DNA of 64,000 nucleotides from Bacillota bacterium. Its GTDB lineage: Bacteria > Bacillota > JAAYKD01. The notes beneath the pieces are model-generated. The model searched no databases. It worked only from the letters and a program-made list of their open reading frames with translations, and was not told the origin of the DNA. Each line of letters starts with the position of its first letter. The stretch's first letter is position 1. This document shows, one piece after another, positions 9,176 to 18,186 of the stretch. Both the position numbers and the translations under genes were made by a program. The stretch lies in contig OY762825.2 of the NCBI GenBank assembly GCA_963666425.2, forward strand, positions 224,001 through 288,000, in the 5' to 3' direction.

Positions 9176-10078
9176 TTAGAAAATATCTGGCAGCAGATAA
9201 GTCAGCCAAAAGCTGCTAATAAAGGAAGCAGCATTGGCTGTCAGGGCATAAAGAATGGGGTTGCTTTGCAATAATCCATTCTTTTTCTGACAATACCTGA
9301 AGAGATAAAAATAAACTGTTGCTTCAATGCAGCAAACCAATATTTCCAGGAAAACGAAAGCAAGTAAAAAAGCAACTTGCCCTCGATAATAATGAATGAA
9401 ACTGAGCAGAAGATTCAGGATTGTCTGAGTCACTAGATTCGTCAGGAGAATGATCCACAAATGAAGTTTTGACTGATAATGAAAAAGTAAGGCAATACCG
9501 ATCTCCAATAGAATCGCGATTCCGCTTAGGATCAGCAATGACACAATTTCTGATTGAAAACTGTAATTATTTTCTGATCTGACGGTCAAAATCTCAGCAG
9601 CCGTTCCGTTGGGAGTGAGGGCAACTGCCGCTTGATAATTACTGTCAAAAGCATAACGCTCATAAGGTCCACTCACAGCAAAAGAATTCGAAGCCGGAAA
9701 ATAAATTAGGATTTTGAAAACCGTCGGTGGATAGTTACCCCATTGAAAGGATTGGTTATTGCTGCATTTGCCGAAATATTGCAGAAAATAAAAGCCACCC
9801 TGATCGCGATAAGCCAAAAATCGTTGATAGATATCGTAATCCAGATTCCCTGGTCGATAATAAGTTTTTGTGTAGCCATCGGTCAAGGCGCTGTAGGGCC
9901 CGGTTGTGTCTGTTTCGGAGAGTAAGGTAACATAATAAACGACATTCTCCAGTCCGCTAAACTTAATGACAATCGAGGGCTTCTGGCCTACATCGGCATA
10001 TACTATTCCTGAAAGCAATAGACAGCAAAGGAGCAGAAAAAGCAGCAGCATACAGGTTAGCAGACCGCGTTGTTTCAT
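9176..10078 (-). CDS. Hypothetical membrane protein (signal peptide, extracellular domain, 4 C-terminal TM)
   Basis: 300-aa ORF with RBS, hydrophobic N-terminus ending VYAD and hydrophobic C-terminal helices. Confidence 0.75.
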   Translation of the reverse strand: MKQRGLLTCMLLLFLLLCCLLLSGIVYADVGQKPSIVIKFSGLENVVYYVTLLSETDTTGPYSALTDGYTKTYYRPGNLDYDIYQRFLAYRDQGGFYFLQYFGKCSNNQSFQWGNYPPTVFKILIYFPASNSFAVSGPYERYAFDSNYQAAVALTPNGTAAEILTVRSENNYSFQSEIVSLLILSGIAILLEIGIALLFHYQSKLHLWIILLTNLVTQTILNLLLSFIHYYRGQVAFLLAFVFLEILVCCIEATVYFYLFRYCQKKNGLLQSNPILYALTANAASFISSFWLTYLLPDIF

Positions 10079-10273
10079 TTTGCCTCTCCCCTTTCTCCGA
10101 CTAACAGTTTTATCGTCTTGACAAAGATTATAGCATAACCAAGGCTCGAAAGAAATTCAGAAACTCAAAAAAAAGGAGTTTGCGAAATAAATAATCTTTT
10201 GTGATATCATCACAGATAATAGTTCATCTAAACTGTAAAATATAATAATTACTCGATATGCGGAGGTGGAATC

Positions 10274-10690
10274 ATGAAAAAATCTTTGACACTGTTCTTC
10301 CTACTTTTCCTTGCTGCCTTGCTTGTCTCATGCAGTGCCTCTTCAACCGATCATACAGCAGGCTATCAGAAAATCAACGCCCAAGCCGCTAAGGAGCGCA
10401 TCGACAGCCAAGATGAACTGATCATCGTTGATGTTCGCACGGAAGAGGAGTTTCAGGTAAAGCATATTGAAAACGCCATTTTGATTCCAAATGAAACAAT
10501 TACGACCGAAAAACCTGCTCTCTTACCGGATTTTGATGCAGAAATTCTCATCTATTGCCGCTCCGGTAATCGCAGTGCCGAGGCAGCAGCAAAATTAGCG
10601 AAATTGGGTTATCGTAAAATTTATGATTTCGGCGGGATCATCGACTGGCCTTATGCTACAGTAAGTGAACTGAAAAGCAGCACGCATTAG
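10274..10690 (+). CDS. Rhodanese-like lipoprotein
   Basis: Lipobox LVSC, IVDVRT..EF, YCRSGNRS active loop, GGIIDW. Confidence 0.9.
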   Translation: MKKSLTLFFLLFLAALLVSCSASSTDHTAGYQKINAQAAKERIDSQDELIIVDVRTEEEFQVKHIENAILIPNETITTEKPALLPDFDAEILIYCRSGNRSAEAAAKLAKLGYRKIYDFGGIIDWPYATVSELKSSTH

Positions 10691-10766
10691 TTTAGCAAAA
10701 AAGCACCTCCCGAAAGCATCTGTGATCGGGAGGCGTTTTGATGTACCGTTTTTGTTTCAAGTTGAG

Positions 10767-11513
10767 CTATGTAATCTGATAGGTGGCAATTTCGACTAAG
10801 CCGGATTTTGATTTTTCAACCTCAGTCAGTTGACGTTCAAATTGATATCCTTTATATTGGAGGGCAATTTCTAAAAAGCAAAGGCTGATTCCCAAATCAA
10901 TTGTATTAAAATAGCCAAGGAAACTGACAGGAATGAACGACCTGATCTTGTTGCTGCGGTACACCTTGATCTGCTGCTTGTCACTCACAAATCTCCAGCT
11001 TTGTGTATTCATGGCGCTGGGAGCCAGCCGAACTGCTTCCATCACATCGGAATCAAACTCACCTTGCCAGATTTCCTCTTTGCTTTTACGTTTAAACTCT
11101 GAAATGTCCCGGCGAAAATCCTGTTGACTGGACTTACCAAAGGCCAGCATCATCACATATTCCAGCCCATCCAGCATCTTTTGCTTTGTCTTTGCCAACC
11201 CATACCAACAGGCGCCAATTTCCTGAGCGGTGAAAAAGAGATCCATTTGTTCCAGCAGGAAACCTGCATTTAACAAATAATGAGGTTTCTTTTCGCTGTA
11301 AATCAGGAGGCAGTATTCACCGTATTTCGCTGTGGTAAGAGCACGGCTGACAATTTCAAAACGGACTTTGATCTCACTGTCCAGAGGGATCAGTTGAGTC
11401 AGAGCATGCTTAATATGAACCAATTCCTCAGCTTTCAGAGAAAGTGCCGCATCAAATTTCCGGATAGATTTTCTTTTGAAAATCATGTTGTAGAGTTCTT
11501 TCAAGATGTTCAT
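10767..11513 (-). CDS. Nitroreductase family protein
   Basis: RKSIRKF, IGACW, RLAPSAMNTQSW, IDLGI. Confidence 0.85.
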   Translation of the reverse strand: MNILKELYNMIFKRKSIRKFDAALSLKAEELVHIKHALTQLIPLDSEIKVRFEIVSRALTTAKYGEYCLLIYSEKKPHYLLNAGFLLEQMDLFFTAQEIGACWYGLAKTKQKMLDGLEYVMMLAFGKSSQQDFRRDISEFKRKSKEEIWQGEFDSDVMEAVRLAPSAMNTQSWRFVSDKQQIKVYRSNKIRSFIPVSFLGYFNTIDLGISLCFLEIALQYKGYQFERQLTEVEKSKSGLVEIATYQIT

Positions 11514-11795
11514 TTCCTTTCAGCGATCTTCATAGATGGTTTTGCTCAATCATATCTTCCGATAATTTCTTGGCATTTGGTATAAATCAGATTTACTGGG
11601 GATGACTTTAGAATAAATGCATGTTGCTCTTAGATACTATACTATGCAAGCAAAGATTGCAAAACAAATTTTAGTTGGTGACGTAGAGATCATGGTATTA
11701 CAAAGATAATCTCGTATGTAACAAAATCCGAGTAGAGTATTAAAAGAATATTGGAGATATAAGACGGTAGGAACATAGAAAATTACTATCTACAA

Positions 11796-11842
11796 AAAAG
11801 GAGCCAATCAAAACTTATCTTTCAGCTTTGATTGGTCCTTTT
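11796..11842 (-). terminator. Terminator downstream of amtB
   Basis: AAAAAGG..CCAATCAAA / TTTGATTGG..CCTTTTT imperfect hairpin. Confidence 0.65.
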
Positions 11843-11875
11843 TGTAATTCAATCTATAAAACCTGTAATGACCAT

Positions 11876-13093
11876 TTATTCTAAATGGTAAGCTTCCTCG
11901 TGATGGATAGAAATATCCAAACCGTTCTCTTCTACCTCTTTTGACACACGCACTGGCAAAAAACGATTGACCACATACAAAATAAGTAATGTCACGATAA
12001 AAGAATACAGTGAAATAATCAGCACGCCTACTATTTGCATTAAAAATTGGTGAATGTCTCCACTGATTAAACCTCCAATTCCATTGATGGATTTTATAGC
12101 AAAGACTCCAACCAAAATACTACCTAAAATACCACCGACACCATGAACTCCCAATACATCCAGAGCATCATCCAGATCAAGCTTGATACGAAGTTGAACA
12201 GCATAATAACAGACAACTCCAGCAATTAGTCCGATTACGGCAGCTGCCCAAGGTTCGACATAACCTGCTGCCGGAGTGATGGTCGCAAGACCCGCCACCG
12301 CCCCGGTTAAGGCAGCTAAAAAGCTTGGTCTTTTATCCTTTATCCAGGAAATGCTCAACCACGTCACCATGGCCACAGCTGCTGCAATATTGGTATTAAC
12401 AAAAGCAATTGCTGCGATAGAATTTGCTGCCAATGCTCCTCCGGCATTAAAACCAAACCAACCAAACCAAAGTAATGCGACTCCTAAAGCTACATAAGTA
12501 ATATTGTGTGGTTCATGATCCTGATGAGAAGAAATACTTCTTTTACCTACAAATAACACAGATGCCAGCGCAGCTAATCCAGCACTTGCATGAACCACCA
12601 TTCCGCCTGCAAAATCAACTACCCCCATTTGCTGCAGAAAACCGCCACCCCATAACCAATGTGTAATCGGAATGTAAATCAAAAAACTCCAGCCAATTAG
12701 AAAAAGCAAATAACTTTTAAAGTTTACCCGATTGGCAAATGCTCCTGTAATCAGAGCAGGTGTTATCACAGCAAACATTTGCTGATAGCTAAAAAAGGTA
12801 ATAAATGGAATGGTTGCACCATAACTGGAATTCGGTACTAAACCAACGCCATTTAAAAAAGCATATTTCAGACTGCCAATCATACCGAAAATATCGGGAC
12901 CAAATGCAAGTGAAAAACCAACACAAAACCAAATAATTGTTACTACGCCCATAGAAATAAAACTCTGCATCATAATGGTTAAGACATTTTTTTTAGAAAC
13001 CAAACCACCATAGAAAAAAGCCAGCCCTGGTGTCATAAGGCAAACCAGTGCAGCACAAAGTATGATAAATGCGGTATCCCCGCTATTAATCAT
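11876..13093 (-). CDS. amtB: Ammonium transporter AmtB
   Basis: MTPGLAFFYGG, QQMFAVITPAL, DFAGGMVVH, WFGWFGFN, DDALDVLGVHG, conserved C-terminal GLD..H.E.AY. Confidence 0.96.
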   Translation of the reverse strand: MINSGDTAFIILCAALVCLMTPGLAFFYGGLVSKKNVLTIMMQSFISMGVVTIIWFCVGFSLAFGPDIFGMIGSLKYAFLNGVGLVPNSSYGATIPFITFFSYQQMFAVITPALITGAFANRVNFKSYLLFLIGWSFLIYIPITHWLWGGGFLQQMGVVDFAGGMVVHASAGLAALASVLFVGKRSISSHQDHEPHNITYVALGVALLWFGWFGFNAGGALAANSIAAIAFVNTNIAAAVAMVTWLSISWIKDKRPSFLAALTGAVAGLATITPAAGYVEPWAAAVIGLIAGVVCYYAVQLRIKLDLDDALDVLGVHGVGGILGSILVGVFAIKSINGIGGLISGDIHQFLMQIVGVLIISLYSFIVTLLILYVVNRFLPVRVSKEVEENGLDISIHHEEAYHLE

Positions 13094-13170
13094 TAGAGTC
13101 GCTTCCCTTCCCTTAATTGGAGATGTTGTACGATCTCTCTACTTCTAATTTAACCTGATAGAACCAATTC

Positions 13171-13217
13171 ATTATAAAAAAAATAATGGTTTATGGAAAT
13201 ACCATAAAACCATTATT
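13171..13217 (-). promoter_or_regulatory. Inverted repeat with T-run abutting a TATAAT upstream of amtB (terminator and/or operator)
   Basis: AATAATGGTTTATGG / CCATAAAACCATTATT arms at 13182-13217; minus-strand TATAAT at 13171-13176. Confidence 0.6.
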
Positions 13218-13269
13218 CTCACCGGAAGTAACCCTTATTATTCTGTTTATTTTTCTTACCAGTTGATCT

Positions 13270-13911
13270 CTAGATCTCAATTATATGATTACGTACTGCA
13301 TAGAGTACAAGCTCCGTAATGTTTTTGAAATTACTCTTTCTCATGATGCTTGCCCGATGTGTTTCCACCGTTTTTATTGAAATCATCAGCAAATTTGAAA
13401 TTTCTTTATTACTATAACCTTCTGCGATTAATTTTAGTACTTCTCTCTCTCTAGCAGAAAGATCATTACCTTTTTTTTCATTTTCCAGAAAGCCATGCAG
13501 TAAAGTTGGAGCGAGTAAGGAAGAAACATAGATTTTATTCTCCATCACGTCATGAATGGCCTGGATTAATTCTTCCAAAGCACTTTCTTTCAGTACATAC
13601 CCATTTGCACCATTCATAAAAGCTTCAGCTACGAGTTCTTCATTTTTAAACATGGTCAAAAAGATGATTTTTAAATGGGGGAACTGCTTTCTTAGATGTT
13701 TCGCTGCATCAATCCCACTTCTTTTTGGCATAGAAATGTCTAAAATAAGCACATCAGTAATTACTTTCGATAGCTCTTCTTCCACTACAATCCCATCTGC
13801 TGCTTCTCCAACCACTTCAAAATCGCTCTCTTGTTTCAAAAGCATGATTAAGGCATCCCGCAATATTTTGTGGTCATCGGCGATGTAAATTTTAATTTTA
13901 TAATTCATCAA
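13270..13911 (-). CDS. NarL/LuxR-family response regulator (NreC-like)
   Basis: IADDH, LILDISMP, GANGYVLK; LuxR HTH LSAREREVL..GYSNKEI..ISIKTVETHR. Confidence 0.95.
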   Translation of the reverse strand: MMNYKIKIYIADDHKILRDALIMLLKQESDFEVVGEAADGIVVEEELSKVITDVLILDISMPKRSGIDAAKHLRKQFPHLKIIFLTMFKNEELVAEAFMNGANGYVLKESALEELIQAIHDVMENKIYVSSLLAPTLLHGFLENEKKGNDLSAREREVLKLIAEGYSNKEISNLLMISIKTVETHRASIMRKSNFKNITELVLYAVRNHIIEI

Positions 13912-15802
13912 TCAGAGGTACCTCCACAACAACTCTTGTTCCTTTGCCTATAACACTAAAAATCTGAAATTTGCCTCCAAGCATTTTCACTCTATCACTC
14001 ATGGATGGTATTCCCATGCCATATGCTTGATTCTCCGTCTGGAAACCTACTCCGTCATCTATAATCTGAAAGTTATATAAGCTATGTTCACTATCTGCAC
14101 CAGCCAAAATAAGGACGTTTTGCGCTTTTGCATGTTTAACAATGTTGGTCAACGCTTCTTGAATAATTCGATAGATATTCAGGGTTATCATTTCATCAAA
14201 AAGAGGAATCGGTTTGTTTATTTCTAAACTACAATGTATAGACCCCATTTTATTCAAATCCCTTGTCATGGATTCTAATCCACCAATTAAGCCGTTTGAC
14301 TTCAGTATTTCTGGTTTTAGGTTATTCAATACAGCTCGAATTTCATCTATGGAGTTATCTGTTAAAACAGCTGCTTGCTGCGTTTTCTGCAAAAGTTCTT
14401 CCTGTTTGATTTCTGTTTTTGGAGTAAGCAATTGCTTATTTGTTATACCTAAGATAATCTTTAGCGCTGCAAGACTTTGTCCGACTCCATCATGTAAATC
14501 TCTAGCGAGTTTTGTTTTCTCTTGTTCTTCTGTTACTGTTAACAAACGCGTCTGTTTGCGTAATAAATCATTCTTTTGCTTAATTTCAGTTTCATATTCG
14601 CTGATTTCCAGATATTTTTCCCACGAATAAATATCAGAGAATTCTACAATATTGAGCCCTTTTTGTTCTTCCGCTTCCGTAACACGTAAACCAAAACTAT
14701 GATCAATGATTCGAAACATGAGATAAGCTGTGCCAAAAACCCAGCAAAAATTCACTGTTAAGCCGAACAATTGAATCAAAAATTGACTAAAACGATTTGC
14801 GGCACGCATAAACTCCACATTTATAAAAAAAGGAAGCAATAAGGTACCCGCCAAGCCGCCGAATAAGTGGATGGGGATCGCTCCAACTGCATCATCAACA
14901 CCCATTTTATCCAGAATGTGTTTTGATAAATGAACGAACATACCGGATAGAAATCCTATCATTAAAGCTGCCATCGGCTCCAAGTAACATGATCCCGCTG
15001 TAATTGCGACCAACCCGCCCAGCACTCCATTAAATATAGCGATCAAGTAGCCTCCATTTCTCAACAGAAGCATGTTCATCACCAATGCTCCGATCATTCC
15101 GGAAGCAGCTGCGAGATTCGTATTGATTAAGATCAAACCAACCTTTTCGTTAAAAGCAAGCAGACTTCCGCCATTAAAACCAAACCAAGCAAACCAAAGA
15201 ATAAAAACACCTAAGACAGCAAAAGGAATATTTGATTTGCTGTTTTTCATTTTGATTCTCTTCCCAACAACAATGGAACCGGCTAACGCGATAAATCCTG
15301 CTGTCGTATGAACAACAGTAGCACCGGCAAAATCAATAAAGCCCAAAGCAGAAAGCCATGTTCTTTGATTTAAAAACAGACCACCCCATACCCAATGCCC
15401 ATAAATAGGGAAAATAACAATCGCACTGATAAATGCAGCAATCTGTAAAGGGATCAGTTTTGTCCTTTCTGACATAGATCCTGCAAATATGGTGACTGCG
15501 GTTGCTGCAAACATTAATTGAAAAAACACAAAAGCATACCCCAATGAAGAAGCTCCAGAAATACCAGTAAAAAACCAGAAGCCATTGCCGATGAATCCAT
15601 AAAATGTTCTTCCAAACATCAAGGGAAACCCAAAAATACAAAAGCCAACCGTTGTTACCATGAAGGTTAATAGATTTTCTATCGCAACAAATATCACATT
15701 TTTGCTTTGAACAAATCCTACTTCATAGCATATAAATCCCGCTTGCATAAAGAAAACAAAACAGCCACAGATAATAATCCAAAGCATATTTATATTTTGC
15801 AC
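13898..15802 (-). CDS. Ammonium transporter domain fused to HisKA_3/HATPase histidine kinase
   Basis: Amt motifs (FMQAGF, DFAGATVVH, WFAWFGFNGGS, DDAVGAIPIH) followed in frame by LARDLHDGVGQSL, QEALTNIVKHA, DDGVGF and GKGT. Confidence 0.93.
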   Translation of the reverse strand: MQNINMLWIIICGCFVFFMQAGFICYEVGFVQSKNVIFVAIENLLTFMVTTVGFCIFGFPLMFGRTFYGFIGNGFWFFTGISGASSLGYAFVFFQLMFAATAVTIFAGSMSERTKLIPLQIAAFISAIVIFPIYGHWVWGGLFLNQRTWLSALGFIDFAGATVVHTTAGFIALAGSIVVGKRIKMKNSKSNIPFAVLGVFILWFAWFGFNGGSLLAFNEKVGLILINTNLAAASGMIGALVMNMLLLRNGGYLIAIFNGVLGGLVAITAGSCYLEPMAALMIGFLSGMFVHLSKHILDKMGVDDAVGAIPIHLFGGLAGTLLLPFFINVEFMRAANRFSQFLIQLFGLTVNFCWVFGTAYLMFRIIDHSFGLRVTEAEEQKGLNIVEFSDIYSWEKYLEISEYETEIKQKNDLLRKQTRLLTVTEEQEKTKLARDLHDGVGQSLAALKIILGITNKQLLTPKTEIKQEELLQKTQQAAVLTDNSIDEIRAVLNNLKPEILKSNGLIGGLESMTRDLNKMGSIHCSLEINKPIPLFDEMITLNIYRIIQEALTNIVKHAKAQNVLILAGADSEHSLYNFQIIDDGVGFQTENQAYGMGIPSMSDRVKMLGGKFQIFSVIGKGTRVVVEVPLIDEL

Positions 15803-15888
15803 ATCTTAATCCTCCATAGAATATTCATCGTTATTCGCATCCTCTGATGAAAAACATGCAAGCTTTTTAATTTTCTAAATACAGAATG

Positions 15889-16089
15889 CTATACTGTATT
15901 CTGTATTTGATTCATCTTCCAGTAATAGCCATGATTTGCCAGCAACTGCTCATACGTACCACTTTCTACGATCCCGCCATCTTCGATAACAAGAATAAGA
16001 TTCGCATGCCGTATGGTAGACAAGCGATGTGCTACGGCAATAATGGTGCGCGATCCAGCCAGTTGGTTGACAAGATCCTGAATATGCAA
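15889..16089 (-). pseudogene. C-terminal fragment of an ABC exporter ATPase
   Basis: RTIIAVAHRLSTIRHANLILVIEDGGIVESGTYEQLL with no Walker A or signature upstream. Confidence 0.8.
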
Positions 16090-16464
16090 TTCCTTTTAAA
16101 ATTAAGGCAGACATACGGTGCAATAGCAAGATAAGTTTAAAGCGAATCAGTTGATCAATGGAATACATTTCTCGGTCTCCTGGTTTTGTTATGGTATTTT
16201 TTAAAGCAAGTATGACATACTATCTTACAATGTCAAGCTGTTTTCAATCAAAAATCGGTTCGGCTTCTGACAGACTATCGCGTAGACATAAGTATTAGAA
16301 ACTATATTTTTCAGAAAAGAAAATCATTAATATTTTTTTTGAAAAAACACACTTTTGTCACAGTTATTTGATATGATAGGGTTGCAGTGGGTTCCAGTGC
16401 GGATGTTTGCGCACAGGAAATCCAGATAATCTCCACTGCAAATAAGAAAAGGAGGTTTTTGTAA

Positions 16465-17082
16465 ATGAAAAAAATTACTCGGATTTTGCTCGTCGTAACG
16501 ATGATCCTGGCTGTCAGCAGCGGAGCTTTCTTCGTCTTTGCAGCATCCAATTACACCACACCTGCCGAAATCGTTGCAGGCTTGACCGGACGAAGTTTAG
16601 AGAGTGTGATCGCAGAGCATGATGAAACCGGTGATAATTACGGTCAAATCGCCGCAGCTGCCGGTCTGCGCAATGAGTTTATTAATGAAATGGCATTGCT
16701 TCGCCAAGATAAAATTGCCGCTAAAGTAGCTTCGGGAGACATTACCCAGGCACAAGCCGATGAAATCCTCACCCTGCTTGCCGCCCATCAGGCGCTGGGT
16801 AATGGTTTAGCTGCCAGAATCAGCCAGAAGTTAGGTTTGGGTCGCGGTATGATGAATGGCTTTGGCCAAAATATCGAAGTCCTCAAAGAGAAGATCGCTG
16901 CGAAAGTAGCTTCCGGCGCTTTAACCCAAACCCAGGCTGATCAAATTCTTGCTTTGATTGCCGAACGCCAGGCGAATTTCGCGGACGGCAATCCTGGAAC
17001 AGCGAATCATTCACGTATTGGTCTGAGGACTGATTTACGTCAGAGTATCGGCCGCATCTTGAACAACAAAACTAACCGCTAA
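16465..17082 (+). CDS. Secreted helical protein with duplicated KIAAKVASG.TQ.QAD.I motif (DUF2680-like)
   Basis: Signal peptide, TPAEIVAGLTG, two internal repeats, AGGAGG RBS. Confidence 0.75.
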   Translation: MKKITRILLVVTMILAVSSGAFFVFAASNYTTPAEIVAGLTGRSLESVIAEHDETGDNYGQIAAAAGLRNEFINEMALLRQDKIAAKVASGDITQAQADEILTLLAAHQALGNGLAARISQKLGLGRGMMNGFGQNIEVLKEKIAAKVASGALTQTQADQILALIAERQANFADGNPGTANHSRIGLRTDLRQSIGRILNNKTNR

Positions 17083-17109
17083 ACTTCTGCGGAAGCACAT
17101 CTAATGTGA

Positions 17110-17148
17110 AACCCCTATGCCTGAATTTTCAGCAGGTATAGGGGTTTC
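17110..17148. terminator. Terminator between convergent genes
   Basis: AACCCCTATGCCTG / CAGGTATAGGGGTT hairpin. Confidence 0.7.
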
Positions 17149-17172
17149 TTGTTCATCAGAGCAACTTAGTTT

Positions 17173-18186
17173 TCACATCTCATCGTTTTTTTGTATACAA
17201 TGAACATTCTCTTTATTAAAAGATAAATAAACGTGATCATTGACCTTTCGCTGGCTGGCAGCGGAGTTGCCCGATGTATCCACCATCACGGTCTCCCCTG
17301 CCGACAAAACCAGATATCTTGAACTAAACCCCAAATGCTCTTTTTGCAGGATCATACCCGGCATACCGTTTTCGGCAAAATCGATATTCTCTGGGCGCAG
17401 CAACAAAGTTTCCTTGTCATGGCAAACGAATTCTCTGCCTAAAACTTGAGCGATTCCCTGCTGACCATAGAAAAAATTAGCTCGACCAACAAAGTCAGCC
17501 ACAAACTCATTAATCGGCTGTTGATAAACTGCATTAGGCGTATCCGTTTGCCAAATGCGTCCTCGATCCATTACCGAGATACGATCCGCAATACTCATCG
17601 CTTCTTCCTGGTCATGCGTTACGTATATAGCGGTGATTCCTAAATTTTTCTGAATCTGCCTTAAATTGGAGCGCATCGTCACCCGCAGCTTTTCATCTAA
17701 ATTGGATAAAGGTTCATCAAAAAGCAAGACATCCGGTTCTGTGATCAATGCGCGTGCCAGCGCAACCCGCTGCCTTTGTCCTCCCGATAACTCCTGAATC
17801 TGCCGGTGTTCCATTCCTTTCAACTCCATCATGGTCAGGATGCGTTCTGTCTTTTGTTGTATTGCCGCTTTTGGCAGTTTTCGTATCTGCAAACCAAAAA
17901 TAATATTTTCATAAACATTCAAATGCGGAAATAAGGCATAGCTTTGAAAAACCATAGAAGTATTGCGCTTTTGTGCGGGTAATTGCGTAACATCCTGATC
18001 GTTAAAGAAAAGTTTGCCTGTTGTCACCGGAATTAAGCCCGCAATCATACGCAGCAGGGTGCTTTTGCCACAACCGGAAGGTCCCAGTAAAGCCATCATT
18101 TCTTTGTCATAAATAGTCAGCGATACATCTTTTACTGCTTCGGTTTGGTCGTATTTCTTACTGATTGCTTCAAGATTAATCTTCAT
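17173..18186 (-). CDS. ABC transporter ATP-binding subunit (FbpC/AfuC/PotA family)
   Basis: GPSGCGKS, MVFQSYALFPH, LSGGQRQR, FDEPLSNLD, VTHDQEEA. Confidence 0.93.
   Translation of the reverse strand: MKINLEAISKKYDQTEAVKDVSLTIYDKEMMALLGPSGCGKSTLLRMIAGLIPVTTGKLFFNDQDVTQLPAQKRNTSMVFQSYALFPHLNVYENIIFGLQIRKLPKAAIQQKTERILTMMELKGMEHRQIQELSGGQRQRVALARALITEPDVLLFDEPLSNLDEKLRVTMRSNLRQIQKNLGITAIYVTHDQEEAMSIADRISVMDRGRIWQTDTPNAVYQQPINEFVADFVGRANFFYGQQGIAQVLGREFVCHDKETLLLRPENIDFAENGMPGMILQKEHLGFSSRYLVLSAGETVMVDTSGNSAASQRKVNDHVYLSFNKENVHCIQKNDEM

Noticed and set aside
11676-11691. TGGTGACGTAGAGATC as att copy of the tRNA-Ala 3' end
   Set aside because: Short gapped match 43 kb away with no integrase; likely chance
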